Shown: positions 28,866 through 38,394, counted from the first letter of the stretch. The stretch: 64,000 bases of DNA from Candidatus Glassbacteria bacterium (GCA_963752515.1 CAVVYO010000006.1:274284-338283); one strand, 5' to 3'. The notes: generated from the sequence alone by a model not told the origin. A program made the numbers and translations.

Positions 28866-29759
28866 CTACTTCTGCTTGCCGCCCTTGTCCCGGGGGACAT
28901 CGGCCGGTTTGAGATCGGGCTCCGGGTCCATCTTCAGCCCCCGCGCCCGCAACTCCTGGTTGATCTCCTGCAGCTGCAAGCGCCACTGCTCCATCTGCTC
29001 CTGGAACTTCTGCTTGTCGAACTGCGCTCCGGGAACTCCGGGAGGTCCGGGCATGTTCGGAAAGTCGTTCTGCACCCGGGCCAGCGCGCGCCAGATGTCC
29101 CGCTCCAGGTCGTTGGTGGCCATCAGGAATCGCGCCCGCTGCTGCGCATCGAGCTTCTCCATCGCCTGCTCGTGGATCTGGTGCTTGTTCTGCCAGATCT
29201 GGCGGCTGTTTTCCCGGATTTCCTTGACCAGGTTATCGAGCTTGCCCTCGTTCGGCTTTTCCGCCCGCAGTTCCTCATCGAGCTGCCGGAACAACTGATG
29301 GCGCTGCTCGGACAGCCGGCTTTCCTCACGCTGCATCGTGCGCCAGAGCGGGAAGAACCAGTCCACCTGCTCATCGCTCAGTTTGACATCATTGATGATC
29401 CGCCAGAGACGGAACATGTTGATCTGCTGCTCATGCCGCTCGCGCTTCAACCGCCGCTCCTCGGGATCGGCGGCCGGGACCGCGGACAGCATCATCCCCG
29501 GCATGGACAGCGCCAGTTCCTCGCCCAGCCGGGCGGTGTGGACCGCGATCAGCGGGGTAAATTCTGCGACCGCGGCCTCGATCCGAGGCTCGAGAGCTTC
29601 CAGCTCCCGGGCGAGGTTATCTTCCAGCACTTCCACCTCTCCGGGCAGCTCCACCCCCGGACCCTTCGGCGCGCTTTCCTCCTGCGCCGCCATCAACGGC
29701 GCCGCGCCCAGCCAAGCCAGCAGGGCGATCGCCCCGAAGCTGTTCCTGATCGTAAGCAT
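28866..29759 (-). CDS. periplasmic Spy/CpxP-like helical protein (larger paralog-like)
   Basis: 297 aa with a signal peptide (ALLAWLGAAPLMAAQ). LSDEQ and LDAQQ motifs, charged coiled regions. Confidence 0.55.
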   Translation of the reverse strand: MLTIRNSFGAIALLAWLGAAPLMAAQEESAPKGPGVELPGEVEVLEDNLARELEALEPRIEAAVAEFTPLIAVHTARLGEELALSMPGMMLSAVPAADPEERRLKRERHEQQINMFRLWRIINDVKLSDEQVDWFFPLWRTMQREESRLSEQRHQLFRQLDEELRAEKPNEGKLDNLVKEIRENSRQIWQNKHQIHEQAMEKLDAQQRARFLMATNDLERDIWRALARVQNDFPNMPGPPGVPGAQFDKQKFQEQMEQWRLQLQEINQELRARGLKMDPEPDLKPADVPRDKGGKQK

Positions 29760-29826
29760 ACTGCCTCCTGTGGCAAACCATCCGCATGGGTTGAATCATC
29801 AAAATCGGCTGCGCAGCCGGGTGCAT

Positions 29827-30468
29827 TCAGATTCCGGCCAGCTCGACCATCATCGCCTCGAACTGGTTTTCCTCCAGGTCCATCAGGCCCTCGTAAACCG
29901 ACCGCCCCACCGGGAAGACCGTGGTCTCGACCGGCAGCACCCCGCCATCGACACCGGAGCCGAGGGCCTCCATCGCCTCCAGGACCGTCACCGCCTGCTG
30001 GTACTGGGTCACCAGCCCCTGGATCAGCCGCAGCGAGTCCTCGGGCGACAGGGCCTCCTGCATGGCTGTCGCGGCGAGCTGCGGGTCCGGGCCCAAGATC
30101 GCCGGCCTGCGCCAGAGTTCGAGCGTGCCGGCCAGCGCCAGCGCCAGCACCGCCGCCGCGGCCAGCAGCGCCGGGTAGTACCGGCGCAGGCGGACCACGA
30201 CTCCGCCGGTCAAAACTTGACGGTGGTCATGCTCCCAGGTGGCCCGGCCGACCGCCCGCAGGCTCTCCTGCCAGAAGGCTTCCGGGAGCAGGTACTCCTC
30301 CCGGCCCTCCCGCGCCAGCCCGCCGGCCCGGCGCAGCTCCTCCAGCTCCTCCCGGCAGCTCCGGCAATGCCGGAAGTGGGCCTCCACCACCCCGCGCTCC
30401 TCCGGATCGAGCTCCCCTTCCAGGTACTCGACCATCAGGATTTCATCGAGCGGGCATTTCATCTGCAC
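29827..30468 (-). CDS. anti-sigma factor (zf-HC2) with one TM segment
   Basis: N-terminal CPLDE...HFRHCRSCREE zinc-finger motif and a central TM segment (YYPALLAAAAVLALALAG). Overlaps the sigma gene by 26 nt. Confidence 0.75.
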   Translation of the reverse strand: MQMKCPLDEILMVEYLEGELDPEERGVVEAHFRHCRSCREELEELRRAGGLAREGREEYLLPEAFWQESLRAVGRATWEHDHRQVLTGGVVVRLRRYYPALLAAAAVLALALAGTLELWRRPAILGPDPQLAATAMQEALSPEDSLRLIQGLVTQYQQAVTVLEAMEALGSGVDGGVLPVETTVFPVGRSVYEGLMDLEENQFEAMMVELAGI

Positions 30469-31030
30469 CTCCTGGTACCGCTTTATCCTGCACCAACTCG
30501 GATTTCAGAAACCGGGACATCTTTTTCAGCGCCCGGTGGTAGCTGACCTTGGCGCTGGAGAGGCTGATCTGGCAAGCCTCAGCCACTTCCTTGAAAGACA
30601 GGTCCTCCAGCGCCCGCAGCACCACCACCCGCCGCTGGGCCAGGGGCAGCCGGGCCAGGGCCTGTTCCAGGCGTTCCCGCGCCTGGCTGCGCTCGACCGC
30701 GCGCCCGGGGCTCTCCTGCTCGCTGTCCAACGGCTCGACCTCATCCAGCGGCAGCTCCCGCCGGCGGCCGATCCGCCGCAGCTCGTTGCGGGCCTGGTTC
30801 CCGGCGATCGTGTACAGCCAGCCGCGGAACTTGCCCTCCCCGCGGACCGTGTCCAGCTTGCGATAGGCGCGGATGAAAGTCTCCTGCATCACATCCGCCG
30901 CGGTGTCGTGCTCCAGCCCCATCCGCCGCAGGTAGCCATAGATCGGCCGCTGGTAACGTTCCACCAGCAGGGCGAATCGCTCCCGGCTGCCCCGGAGCAC
31001 TTCCGCGATGAGCTGATCATCGGATGGCAT
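30443..31030 (-). CDS. ECF-type RNA polymerase sigma-70 factor
   Basis: 195 aa. Region 2 (YQRPIYGYLRRM...DVMQETFIRAY) and region 4 (LPLAQRRVVVLRALEDLSFKEVAEACQISLSSAKVSYHRA). Confidence 0.9.
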   Translation of the reverse strand: MPSDDQLIAEVLRGSRERFALLVERYQRPIYGYLRRMGLEHDTAADVMQETFIRAYRKLDTVRGEGKFRGWLYTIAGNQARNELRRIGRRRELPLDEVEPLDSEQESPGRAVERSQARERLEQALARLPLAQRRVVVLRALEDLSFKEVAEACQISLSSAKVSYHRALKKMSRFLKSELVQDKAVPGGADEMPAR

Positions 31031-31153
31031 GGCTGGCCTTCCCGCCGGCGGTTGATTGCGACTGTTTCCCGTACGACAACGGGGATGCTGGGATGGTTAC
31101 ACTTTTGTAAAGGATGGCAGGCACTGCAGCAACGCGATGACAGCAGGCAAGGC

Positions 31154-32245
31154 TCACCCGGCCGCCGCGGAACCGTCCGGCCGGGGCGGCTCCCCGGGCT
31201 CCCGGTCCCGTTCCTGCGGGCTGTCCGGCTCCCCCTGCTCCCGGGGTTCGAGCTGCTCATGGTAGGGCAGGACATGCCGGGACCATGGCCCCGGCGCCGG
31301 CTCGAGCATGCGCTCGATCCGTTCCATCTCCGCCAGCCGCTTCCGGTAAGCCCGGCGCCGGATCACATAGACCGCGATGAACAGCCCGCCGCCGAGGATC
31401 CAGATCACCGAGAAATCGGTCAGGAAGGTCATCCAGCCATAGCGGCCCTGCGCCCACTGCATCCACTGGCCCTCGAGCTGGTCCAGAGTCAGCCCCAGGG
31501 TCTGGCGCAGGGCCTGGTCCAGGTCGCCCTGCTCGTTCCAGCGACTGAACAGCAGCTCGAGCTGGGAGTCATCCCAGCGGGTGAAGATATATTCCACGAC
31601 AGTGTAGCTCTGCAGGTAGGCCCGGCGGGCGCGGGCTTCCTCGGCCGGGAAGTCGGAGCGCAACTGGGCCAGGGGCTGGACTTTCCTGACCAGGATCGCG
31701 AGCGAGAATTCCAGCCAGCTCTCCGGACCCCACATCTGGGCGCTGTAGACCGCGTAGCCCTCGTGGAACCAGCGCGGCACCCGGGCCTCCGGCAGCACCC
31801 GGGCCAGGGCGATGTGGGCCAGCTCATGGAACAGGATCTCCCGGGGGTCCTCCCGCCAGAGGGGGACCAGCCGCGGCGAGCGGACGATCACCACGCCCTC
31901 TTCCGGGAAGGCGCAGGCCACTCCCCACTCCGGCAGCATCCCGCCGCTCAGGCGCTGGAACTCCTCCTCGCTCGGGGCGATGAACACCCTGGTCCCCGGC
32001 AGCGCCCGGCCGCGGATGAACTCCGGCCGCGGGATGAACTGGTCGCACCAGTCGCGGTAGCGCTGGGCCACCTTGCGGTCCACCGGGTAAAAAAGCAGCT
32101 CCACTGCTTCCGCGCTCACCAGGCTGCGATAGCCGGCAGTAGCGTGGAACGAGGCCGGCTCGGCCCCGGCCAGCGGGGACAGCGGCGGCAGACACGGCGC
32201 CAGCAGCGCCGCCGACAGCATGAAAAGCCGCAAAATCATTGACAA
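31154..32245 (-). CDS. peptidase MA-like zinc metalloprotease with C-terminal TM anchor
   Basis: Signal peptide, HELAHIAL (HExxH) motif, and a TM segment (WMTFLTDFSVIWILGGGLFIAVYVI). Confidence 0.6.
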   Translation of the reverse strand: MSMILRLFMLSAALLAPCLPPLSPLAGAEPASFHATAGYRSLVSAEAVELLFYPVDRKVAQRYRDWCDQFIPRPEFIRGRALPGTRVFIAPSEEEFQRLSGGMLPEWGVACAFPEEGVVIVRSPRLVPLWREDPREILFHELAHIALARVLPEARVPRWFHEGYAVYSAQMWGPESWLEFSLAILVRKVQPLAQLRSDFPAEEARARRAYLQSYTVVEYIFTRWDDSQLELLFSRWNEQGDLDQALRQTLGLTLDQLEGQWMQWAQGRYGWMTFLTDFSVIWILGGGLFIAVYVIRRRAYRKRLAEMERIERMLEPAPGPWSRHVLPYHEQLEPREQGEPDSPQERDREPGEPPRPDGSAAAG

Positions 32246-32266
32246 AAGCCGCTCGATTGTTATCTT
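32239..32266 (+). promoter_or_regulatory. candidate sigma70-type promoter for rpsT
   Basis: TTGACA (32239-32244), 16-nt spacer, TATCTT (32261-32266). Confidence 0.35.
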
Positions 32267-32339
32267 TTATTTTTACGAATCAGAGTCACAGAGAGTTGTA
32301 CCCAACAATAAACGGCAAGTTCTGTAGGGAGGAAGCGAA

Positions 32340-32618
32340 GTGCCCAATTCGAAAAGCGCCGCCAAGCGCCTGCGCCAGAGCTTGGTGCGCAGGGACCGTA
32401 ACCGTGCCCGTCGCACCCGGATGCGCACCATCATCAGGAAACTGCGCGCCGCCGAGAGCTACGACAGCGCCAAGGCGATGCTGCCCGAGGTGTTCTCGGT
32501 GATCGACAAGACCGCCAAGACCGGGGTGGTCCACAAGAATACCGCCAACCGCCAGAAATCGCGCCTGAGCCAGTTGGTGGAAAAGATGCGTCCGGCCGAA
32601 ACGGCCGCCGAGGCTTAA
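32340..32618 (+). CDS. rpsT: 30S ribosomal protein S20
   Basis: MPNSKSAAKRLRQSLVRRDRNRARRTRMRT. GTG start with GGGAGGAAG RBS. Confidence 0.92.
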   Translation: MPNSKSAAKRLRQSLVRRDRNRARRTRMRTIIRKLRAAESYDSAKAMLPEVFSVIDKTAKTGVVHKNTANRQKSRLSQLVEKMRPAETAAEA

Positions 32619-32651
32619 CCGCTTCGAGCTCCCCGCGCCAGAGTTGAGCGA

Positions 32652-32681
32652 GGCAGGAAAAATCCTTTTTCCTGCCTTTTT
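32652..32681 (+). terminator. intrinsic terminator after rpsT
   Basis: GGCAGGAAAAA / TTTTTCCTGCC perfect 11-bp stem with a 3-nt loop, followed by T5. Confidence 0.7.
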
Positions 32682-32690
32682 CATTTCCCC

Positions 32691-33119
32691 TCAGGCAATC
32701 GACCGCAGGATTTGCAGGGCCAGGCCGGCATCCTTGAGGTCGGTCAGCACCAGCAGCTGGCGCACCTGTTCCTGGCGCCTGGCGCGGCCGCCCTCGCCGG
32801 CCTGCATCCGCCCGGCCAGGGCCACCGCCTCCTTGTAGTAGTTGCGCTCCATGTCGAGCGTCAGTCCCAGCTCGGCGGCCTCGGCGGCGAACCGCTCGCG
32901 GTAGCGCTCCAGTTCCTCGCAACGGCGGCGCAGCTCGCCCGCGCTCCCGGGCTGGGAGCGGGAGCGCTCCAGCCAGCGGCCCACCGGCAGGTTCCGGCGA
33001 AAGGCCATCCACTGCCGCTGCTCCTCCAGGTCGAACTCCCGCGGGCCGGCATAGCGCCGCAGGTCCTCCTCGAACACCATCCGCGCCGGCTGGGGCGCCT
33101 GTTCCTCCTGAGCGCTCAC
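32691..33119 (-). CDS. hypothetical protein coupled to rnr
   Basis: 142-aa charged helical ORF. Its GTG start overlaps the rnr stop (GTGA). I recognised no family. Confidence 0.5.
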   Translation of the reverse strand: MSAQEEQAPQPARMVFEEDLRRYAGPREFDLEEQRQWMAFRRNLPVGRWLERSRSQPGSAGELRRRCEELERYRERFAAEAAELGLTLDMERNYYKEAVALAGRMQAGEGGRARRQEQVRQLLVLTDLKDAGLALQILRSIA

Positions 33120-35317
33120 CCGGCCGCTCCTTTGCGCTTCCTGCCGCGGGAGGGCGCTTTCTTCACGGCCCGACCCAGGTCGGCCGGGACAAAATCGATC
33201 CGCGCCAGCTCCAGGTCGGCCCTGGTCAGCACCACCTCCAGCCGCTGCCCGAGACGGTAGAGCTTGTGGGTCCGGCGTCCCTCCAGCACGGCCTCTTCCT
33301 CGCGCATGAAGTAGTAATCATCGGTCAACTGGCTGACATGCACCAGGCCATCCACCAGGTGCTCCTCCAGCCGCACCCGGAAGCCGAAATTCATCACCGC
33401 GGTGATCACCGCCTGGAACCGCTCGCCCACATGCCGCTCCATGAAACGGGCCGCCATCAGGTCCCCGCTCTCGCGCTCGGCATAGTCGGCCTGCTGCTCG
33501 CGCTGGCTGGAGTGGAGGCAGAACTGCAGCAGGTCCTCCTCCATCGCCTCGCGCTGGTGGGCGGAAAACCGCTTCCCATCCAGCAGGGTTTTCAGCAGGC
33601 GGTGCACCACCAGGTCCGGGTAACGGCGGATCGGCGAGGTGAAATGGGTGTAGGCCGCGCTGGCCAGCCCGAAGTGGCCGACATTCTGCGGGCTGTAGAC
33701 CGCCCGCTTCATGGCCTGGATCACCGAGGGAGAGATCAGCTCCAGCAGCCCCAGCTTTTCGGCCAGCAGCAGGCTGCGGACAATCTCCCGCGAGCTGGGG
33801 ACCTTGCCCCGGGACTTCACCACCAGCCGCGGATCGACCGTCCGCAACTGGAAGTTCATGTTCTCGATCGCCTCCGGGTCCGGCTCCTCGTGCACCCGGT
33901 AGATCGCGGGGATTTCCGCGGCCTCGAGCCGCTCCGCCACCAACTCGTTGGCGCTCACCATGAACTCCTCCACCAGGCGGTGGGAGCCCAGGCGCTGCTT
34001 GCGGGCGATGCCGACCACCATCCCCTGCACATCGCGGATCAGCCAGGGCTCGGGCAACTCGAAATCGAGCTGGCCGCGTTCCAGGCGCTCGGCGCGCCGC
34101 TGCTGGCTGAGCCGCCACAGTTCGCGCAAGGGCTCGACCGTGCCGCCCAGCCTCTGGTCCGCCGCCGCCCCATCCTCGATCACCGCTTGCGCCTCCTCGT
34201 AGGTGTAGCGGTGACCGCTGCGGATCACCCCCGGGGTCAGCCGGTGGGTCAGCAGCTTGCCATCGGGCCCAAACCGCATCACCAGCGACATGGTCAGACG
34301 ATCCCGGTCCTCCACCAGCGAGCAGATGCCGGAGGAAAGCTCGGGCGGCAGCATCGGGACATAGGCCTCGTCCAGGTAGACGCTCAGCGCCCGTTCGCGG
34401 GCCTCCTGGTCGATCGCCGACTTCTCCCGCACGTAGTGGCTGACATCGGCGATGTGCACCCCGACCTCGCAGCCGCCATCCGGCAGCCGGACCAGGCTCA
34501 GGGCATCATCGAAATCCCGGGCGCTCTCCGGGTCGATGGTGAACACCGCCAGTCCGCGGAAATCCTCCCGTCCCGCCAGCTCCTCCGGCCCGACCTCGGC
34601 CGGCGCCTGCCGGGCCTCGCCCAGCACCGGGCCGGGGAATTTCTCGGGCAGCTCGTACTTGAGCAGGATTTCCTCGGCCGGGCCGGCCTCCGGTCCGCCG
34701 AGGGCCCGCAGCACATTGGCCAGGGGCCGCCCGCCGGGGCCGCCCCACTCGAACACCTCCACCAGCAGCTTCTGCCCGTTCTTGTAGGGCCGGGCCTCGG
34801 ACTCCGGCACCAGGATCTCGCCGAACACCCGCTCCTCGACCGGATCGATCACCGCGAAATTGCGGCGTTTCTCCAGCCGCCCGACAAAACGTTTGCGGGC
34901 CCGGGTCAGCACCCGCTCCACCTTGCCCTCGGGGTTGCCGTGCTCCGTCTTCTCCAGGACCCGCACTTCCACCCGGTCGCCATTCATCGCGTTGGAGAGG
35001 TTGAGCGACTTGACGAAGATGTCCCGGCCGCCGCTGTCCGGGATCACGAACCCGTAGCCGCGCCGCACCAGTTGCAGCCTGCCGCGCAGGGTGTCGCCAT
35101 GGCCGGAGAGCGTGTAGAGGTCGCGGCGCACCCGTTCGAGCATCCCCTCCCCGGCCAGCTCATCCAGCATCTGGCGCAGGGCCTCGAACTCCTCCTGCCC
35201 CTTGAGCCCCAGGGCGCGGGCCACCTGGTCGGCCTTGACCGGAGCGGCGACACTCTCCAGGAAATATTTTTTCAACAGCTTTTTCTGCAGCGCCATGCCT
35301 TCCTCCTTCTCCATCAC
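33116..35317 (-). CDS. rnr: ribonuclease R
   Basis: 733 aa with cold-shock/OB N-terminus, an RNB domain (DFDDALS, HIADVSHYV), a C-terminal S1 domain and a basic tail. Confidence 0.92.
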   Translation of the reverse strand: MMEKEEGMALQKKLLKKYFLESVAAPVKADQVARALGLKGQEEFEALRQMLDELAGEGMLERVRRDLYTLSGHGDTLRGRLQLVRRGYGFVIPDSGGRDIFVKSLNLSNAMNGDRVEVRVLEKTEHGNPEGKVERVLTRARKRFVGRLEKRRNFAVIDPVEERVFGEILVPESEARPYKNGQKLLVEVFEWGGPGGRPLANVLRALGGPEAGPAEEILLKYELPEKFPGPVLGEARQAPAEVGPEELAGREDFRGLAVFTIDPESARDFDDALSLVRLPDGGCEVGVHIADVSHYVREKSAIDQEARERALSVYLDEAYVPMLPPELSSGICSLVEDRDRLTMSLVMRFGPDGKLLTHRLTPGVIRSGHRYTYEEAQAVIEDGAAADQRLGGTVEPLRELWRLSQQRRAERLERGQLDFELPEPWLIRDVQGMVVGIARKQRLGSHRLVEEFMVSANELVAERLEAAEIPAIYRVHEEPDPEAIENMNFQLRTVDPRLVVKSRGKVPSSREIVRSLLLAEKLGLLELISPSVIQAMKRAVYSPQNVGHFGLASAAYTHFTSPIRRYPDLVVHRLLKTLLDGKRFSAHQREAMEEDLLQFCLHSSQREQQADYAERESGDLMAARFMERHVGERFQAVITAVMNFGFRVRLEEHLVDGLVHVSQLTDDYYFMREEEAVLEGRRTHKLYRLGQRLEVVLTRADLELARIDFVPADLGRAVKKAPSRGRKRKGAAG

Positions 35318-35416
35318 CTGCCGAACCTACTCCACCGACGGGCAGAGAACGGCTCCACCCCCCGCGACGGCACTCCCGGCCCGGGAAGCTGTGCCGCATC
35401 GTGCGCCTCCCGGGCA

Positions 35417-35446
35417 TTGATTTATGCTATCTCGCTTCTCTATAAT
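35417..35446 (+). promoter_or_regulatory. candidate sigma70-type promoter driving a ~190-nt leader of the MTH1187-family gene
   Basis: TTGATT (35417-35422), 18-nt spacer, TATAAT (35441-35446). Confidence 0.4.
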
Positions 35447-35645
35447 AATATATGAACCGCGCGGCACGGTCGTCCGGCAATTCCCGTGCGGCCGGCATGG
35501 CGCTCACCTTGAATCTAACATCCGGCGGGAGGTCTGTCTACCGGACCGGCATCCCGCCAGCCATGGGCGTGAAAGGGAATCACCCCGGCGCCGGGGATGT
35601 TCCCGGGCAAGAGGACCGGCGCTTACCTGAAATCAAGGAGGAAAG

Positions 35646-35954
35646 ATGCTGCTGGAACTGAGCGTGCTGCCGATGGGCAAGACCCATAACCTCAGCGAGG
35701 ACGTGGCCAAGGTGGTCGACATCATCGACCACAGCGGCTGCAACTACCAGCTCACCTCGATGGGCACTCTGATCGAGGGCGATTGGGGCCAGGTGATGGG
35801 CGTAGTCGGCCGCTGCCGCGATGAGCTGCTCAAGAGCAACGAGCGGCTGTACATGGTGCTGAAGGTGGACGAGGATAAAAGCCATACCCTTGGTGAAATC
35901 GAATCCAAGGTGGCCTCGGTGGAGGAGAAGCTGCACCACAAGGTCAAGCACTGA
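35646..35954 (+). CDS. MTH1187/YkoF-family (DUF77) thiamine-binding-like protein
   Basis: 102 aa: MLLELSVLPMGK...SMGTLIEGDW. AAGGAGGAAAG RBS. Confidence 0.8.
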   Translation: MLLELSVLPMGKTHNLSEDVAKVVDIIDHSGCNYQLTSMGTLIEGDWGQVMGVVGRCRDELLKSNERLYMVLKVDEDKSHTLGEIESKVASVEEKLHHKVKH

Positions 35955-35955
35955 A

Positions 35956-36008
35956 GGCGCGGGACCGGGGGCGCGGCCGGACCTGGCGTCCCCGGTTTCC
36001 GCCTTTTT
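35956..36008 (+). terminator. intrinsic terminator after the MTH1187-family gene
   Basis: GGCGCGGGACCGGGG (35956-35970) pairs with CCCCGGTTTCCGCC (35990-36003). The G.U pairs are valid only on the + strand. T5 follows at 36004-36008. Confidence 0.55.
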
Positions 36009-36023
36009 CCCCGTCGAACGGGC

Positions 36024-37679
36024 TCAGCCTTCCGGCAGGAAGGACCTGAGCGCGATCTCGAAAAAGTTCCCGCCCAGCACCCGCGCCCGCTCCTCGTCCG
36101 ACAGCCGGTCGTAGACCACCCAGCCCAGGATCGGCGACTGGTCGCGCATCGGGGTGTCCGTGCCGAAGACCACCTTGCCCGCCCCGGCCTCCCGCACCAG
36201 GTGCGAAACCATCCCGAACGGCACGGAGGTGTAGTTGATTTCCAGGAAGATGTTGTCGAACTCGCGGGCCAGGGGGATCAGCGCCCGGGCGGTCCGGACC
36301 GAGGCCCCGGCGTGGGCCACCAGGAACCGGGCGCCGGGATAGCGCGGGGCCAGCCGCTCGAGCTCCTCCGGGCTCACCCCGGAGAGCGGCTCGAAACCGA
36401 AATGGCAGAGCACCGGCAGCCTCAGGCGGTCGGCCAGCTCCAGCGCCGGGCGAAACAGCGGGTCGCTGAACGGGACCTGCTGGGTGAAGGGGTAAGGCTT
36501 GAGGCCCAGGAACCGCCGCGGGCTGAACCAGCGCGCGACCTCGGCTTCCCAGTCCTCCGGATAGTTGGGGTTCACCACCAGATAGGGCAGGATTCTTCCC
36601 GGGTGACGCTCGGCGGCCTCGGCCGCGACCCGGTTGCCGGCCGGGGCATCCCCGCCCATCAGCTCCCAGCTCGACACCGCCACTGTCGCGATCCCCAGCC
36701 GGTTCATCCGCGCCACCAGGTGGTCGCCATCCTGCGGGCCCAGGCTTAAGCCCAGCGGTCCCTCGAACCCGGCCGGGCCGATGTGCCCGTGGGCATCGTG
36801 GATCGTCAGGCCCGGCAGCTTTTCCCCGCGATCCGCCGCGATCAGCAGCGGCGAGCGGCCCGGCTCCTCGGGCAGGGTCGGCGTGGGGGGCATCCCCAGC
36901 AGCAGCTCCAGGTTGGCCGCGGCGATGCTTTTTCGCTCCGCCTCCTCGATTTCGGCGTACATCAGCGCGGCCCGGGCCGCTCCGGGGGCGGTGAAGGGCA
37001 GCCCGGTGCCGAACAGCAGCCGGGAGGAGCCCCAGCGGCGGCAGACATACCGGATCATGCCGTTACCCTGGAACAGCGAGGTCTCGACCCGCAGGTTCTC
37101 CCGGCGGTCGAACAGCTTGAAGAGCTGGGTAAGGTGGTTGTGGAAAGCGCCCACCAGCACCAGCGGCAGGCGCGGGTATTCGACGGCCAGCCGGTCCACC
37201 AGGCCGAAATCGATCGCCCGCTGCTCGTGCTGGCCCAGTTGGCTGAAGTTGTACCAGAACTGGTCGAAGTCCACCCAGAGCGGCAGGGCGCGCTCCTCGA
37301 GGGCTTCCAGGAACGCCCGCAGCTCCGGGTCGGAAAGCTGCAGGCCGTGCAGCAATGGGAAGATGCGGAAAGCCCGCACCCCGGCCATCAGCAGTTCATC
37401 CAGCTCGCGGGCCGGGTCGCGCCCCGGCTGGTAGGGAGCCGGGCTCCAGACCGCCGCCGCCACCAGCCGCCGGTCCACCGCCGGGGCCTCGGACAGGACC
37501 CGCCGGTTTGCGGCCCGGGGATCGAGCAGCCGGCCATCGGCATGATAGACCAGCGCCCGGGTGATCCGGCAGCGGTCCAGTTCCCGGAGCAGTCCCTCCC
37601 GGTCGTACGGGGCCCCCGGCGGCCGCCACACCGGCCGGCCCAGCGCGGCGTTGGAGTCGAAAAAAGCGGTCTCGCCCAT
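36024..37679 (-). CDS. amidohydrolase-family protein with two tandem amidohydrolase-like halves
   Basis: Starts MGETAFFDSN at 37679, and its ATG overlaps the upstream stop. Metal-ligand-like segments are present (IHDAHGHIG, VLCHFG, LVAHAG, FGTDTP). The ORF-track extension to 38072 is antisense-like. Confidence 0.7.
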   Translation of the reverse strand: MGETAFFDSNAALGRPVWRPPGAPYDREGLLRELDRCRITRALVYHADGRLLDPRAANRRVLSEAPAVDRRLVAAAVWSPAPYQPGRDPARELDELLMAGVRAFRIFPLLHGLQLSDPELRAFLEALEERALPLWVDFDQFWYNFSQLGQHEQRAIDFGLVDRLAVEYPRLPLVLVGAFHNHLTQLFKLFDRRENLRVETSLFQGNGMIRYVCRRWGSSRLLFGTGLPFTAPGAARAALMYAEIEEAERKSIAAANLELLLGMPPTPTLPEEPGRSPLLIAADRGEKLPGLTIHDAHGHIGPAGFEGPLGLSLGPQDGDHLVARMNRLGIATVAVSSWELMGGDAPAGNRVAAEAAERHPGRILPYLVVNPNYPEDWEAEVARWFSPRRFLGLKPYPFTQQVPFSDPLFRPALELADRLRLPVLCHFGFEPLSGVSPEELERLAPRYPGARFLVAHAGASVRTARALIPLAREFDNIFLEINYTSVPFGMVSHLVREAGAGKVVFGTDTPMRDQSPILGWVVYDRLSDEERARVLGGNFFEIALRSFLPEG

Positions 37680-38356
37680 CAGGCAGCCCCCCTTCGCGGT
37701 CGAGTGCGGGCCAGGCTGCGCAGCAGGGCGTACAGTCCGGAGGCCAGCCCCACCAGCAGCAGGTCCCAACGGTAGGGCCTGGGGACCGAGCGCCCCACCC
37801 CGGCATCGATGTCCAGCACGTAGCTCAGCAGGATCAGCAGCGCGCCCCCGCTGGCGATCGCCCACTCGCGGAAGTTGGGCGCGAACTCCCCCCCGCTCCA
37901 GATCCGCCGGAGGATCAGCGCGGCCCCGGCCAGCAGCCCCAGCGAGACCAGCAACGGCGACAGCACCGGCCCAACCCAGGGGGCGGGAACCAGGAACAGC
38001 AGGTCGAACGTGGTCAGGCTTTCCGGCCAGCCCAGCATCAGCTTGAGGAATAAGTAGTAACCGATGTCCCACAGCGCGAAGATCATCAGGAAGAACGCCA
38101 GGCGCTCATTGAAATTCCGGCCGGCGAGCAGGGCGACAGTCACCAGCATCGCCAGCGAGGCCAGCTCCCGCCCCACCTCGACCAGCAGCAGCTCCCGGTC
38201 GAGCAGCCGCAACGGGAAAGTGAAGCCCTCCGGGTAGAGCAGCGCCCGCAGGTAGACCACCACCGCCGACTCGAAATAGGCCATCGTGATCCCGAACAGC
38301 AGCAGCATCGCCAGCCGGGCCCGGCGGTTGGTCCCGGATTCCATCTTCAGGTCCAT
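37679..38356 (-). CDS. polytopic membrane protein, unknown function
   Basis: 225 aa with about 6 hydrophobic segments. GGAG lies 9 nt upstream of the ATG at 38356. Translationally coupled to the amidohydrolase. Confidence 0.65.
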   Translation of the reverse strand: MDLKMESGTNRRARLAMLLLFGITMAYFESAVVVYLRALLYPEGFTFPLRLLDRELLLVEVGRELASLAMLVTVALLAGRNFNERLAFFLMIFALWDIGYYLFLKLMLGWPESLTTFDLLFLVPAPWVGPVLSPLLVSLGLLAGAALILRRIWSGGEFAPNFREWAIASGGALLILLSYVLDIDAGVGRSVPRPYRWDLLLVGLASGLYALLRSLARTRPRRGAA

Positions 38357-38394
38357 CGGCGTTTCTCCACTGGGATGGATCGCTTCACGGTACT

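Noticed and set aside
31031-31153. An autoregulated ECF-type promoter (TGTAAC ... CGTA) upstream of the sigma factor gene.
   Set aside because: The spacing between the AAC and CGT elements (about 20 nt) is longer than the 16-17 nt typical of ECF promoters. I cannot distinguish it from chance.
35453-35645. A TPP riboswitch upstream of the YkoF/MTH1187-family gene.
   Set aside because: There is only a loose resemblance (ACCUUGAAUCUAAC...). The conserved CUGAGA element, the GGGGUGC start and the ACCUGAUCUGGAUAAUGCCAGCG core are not present.
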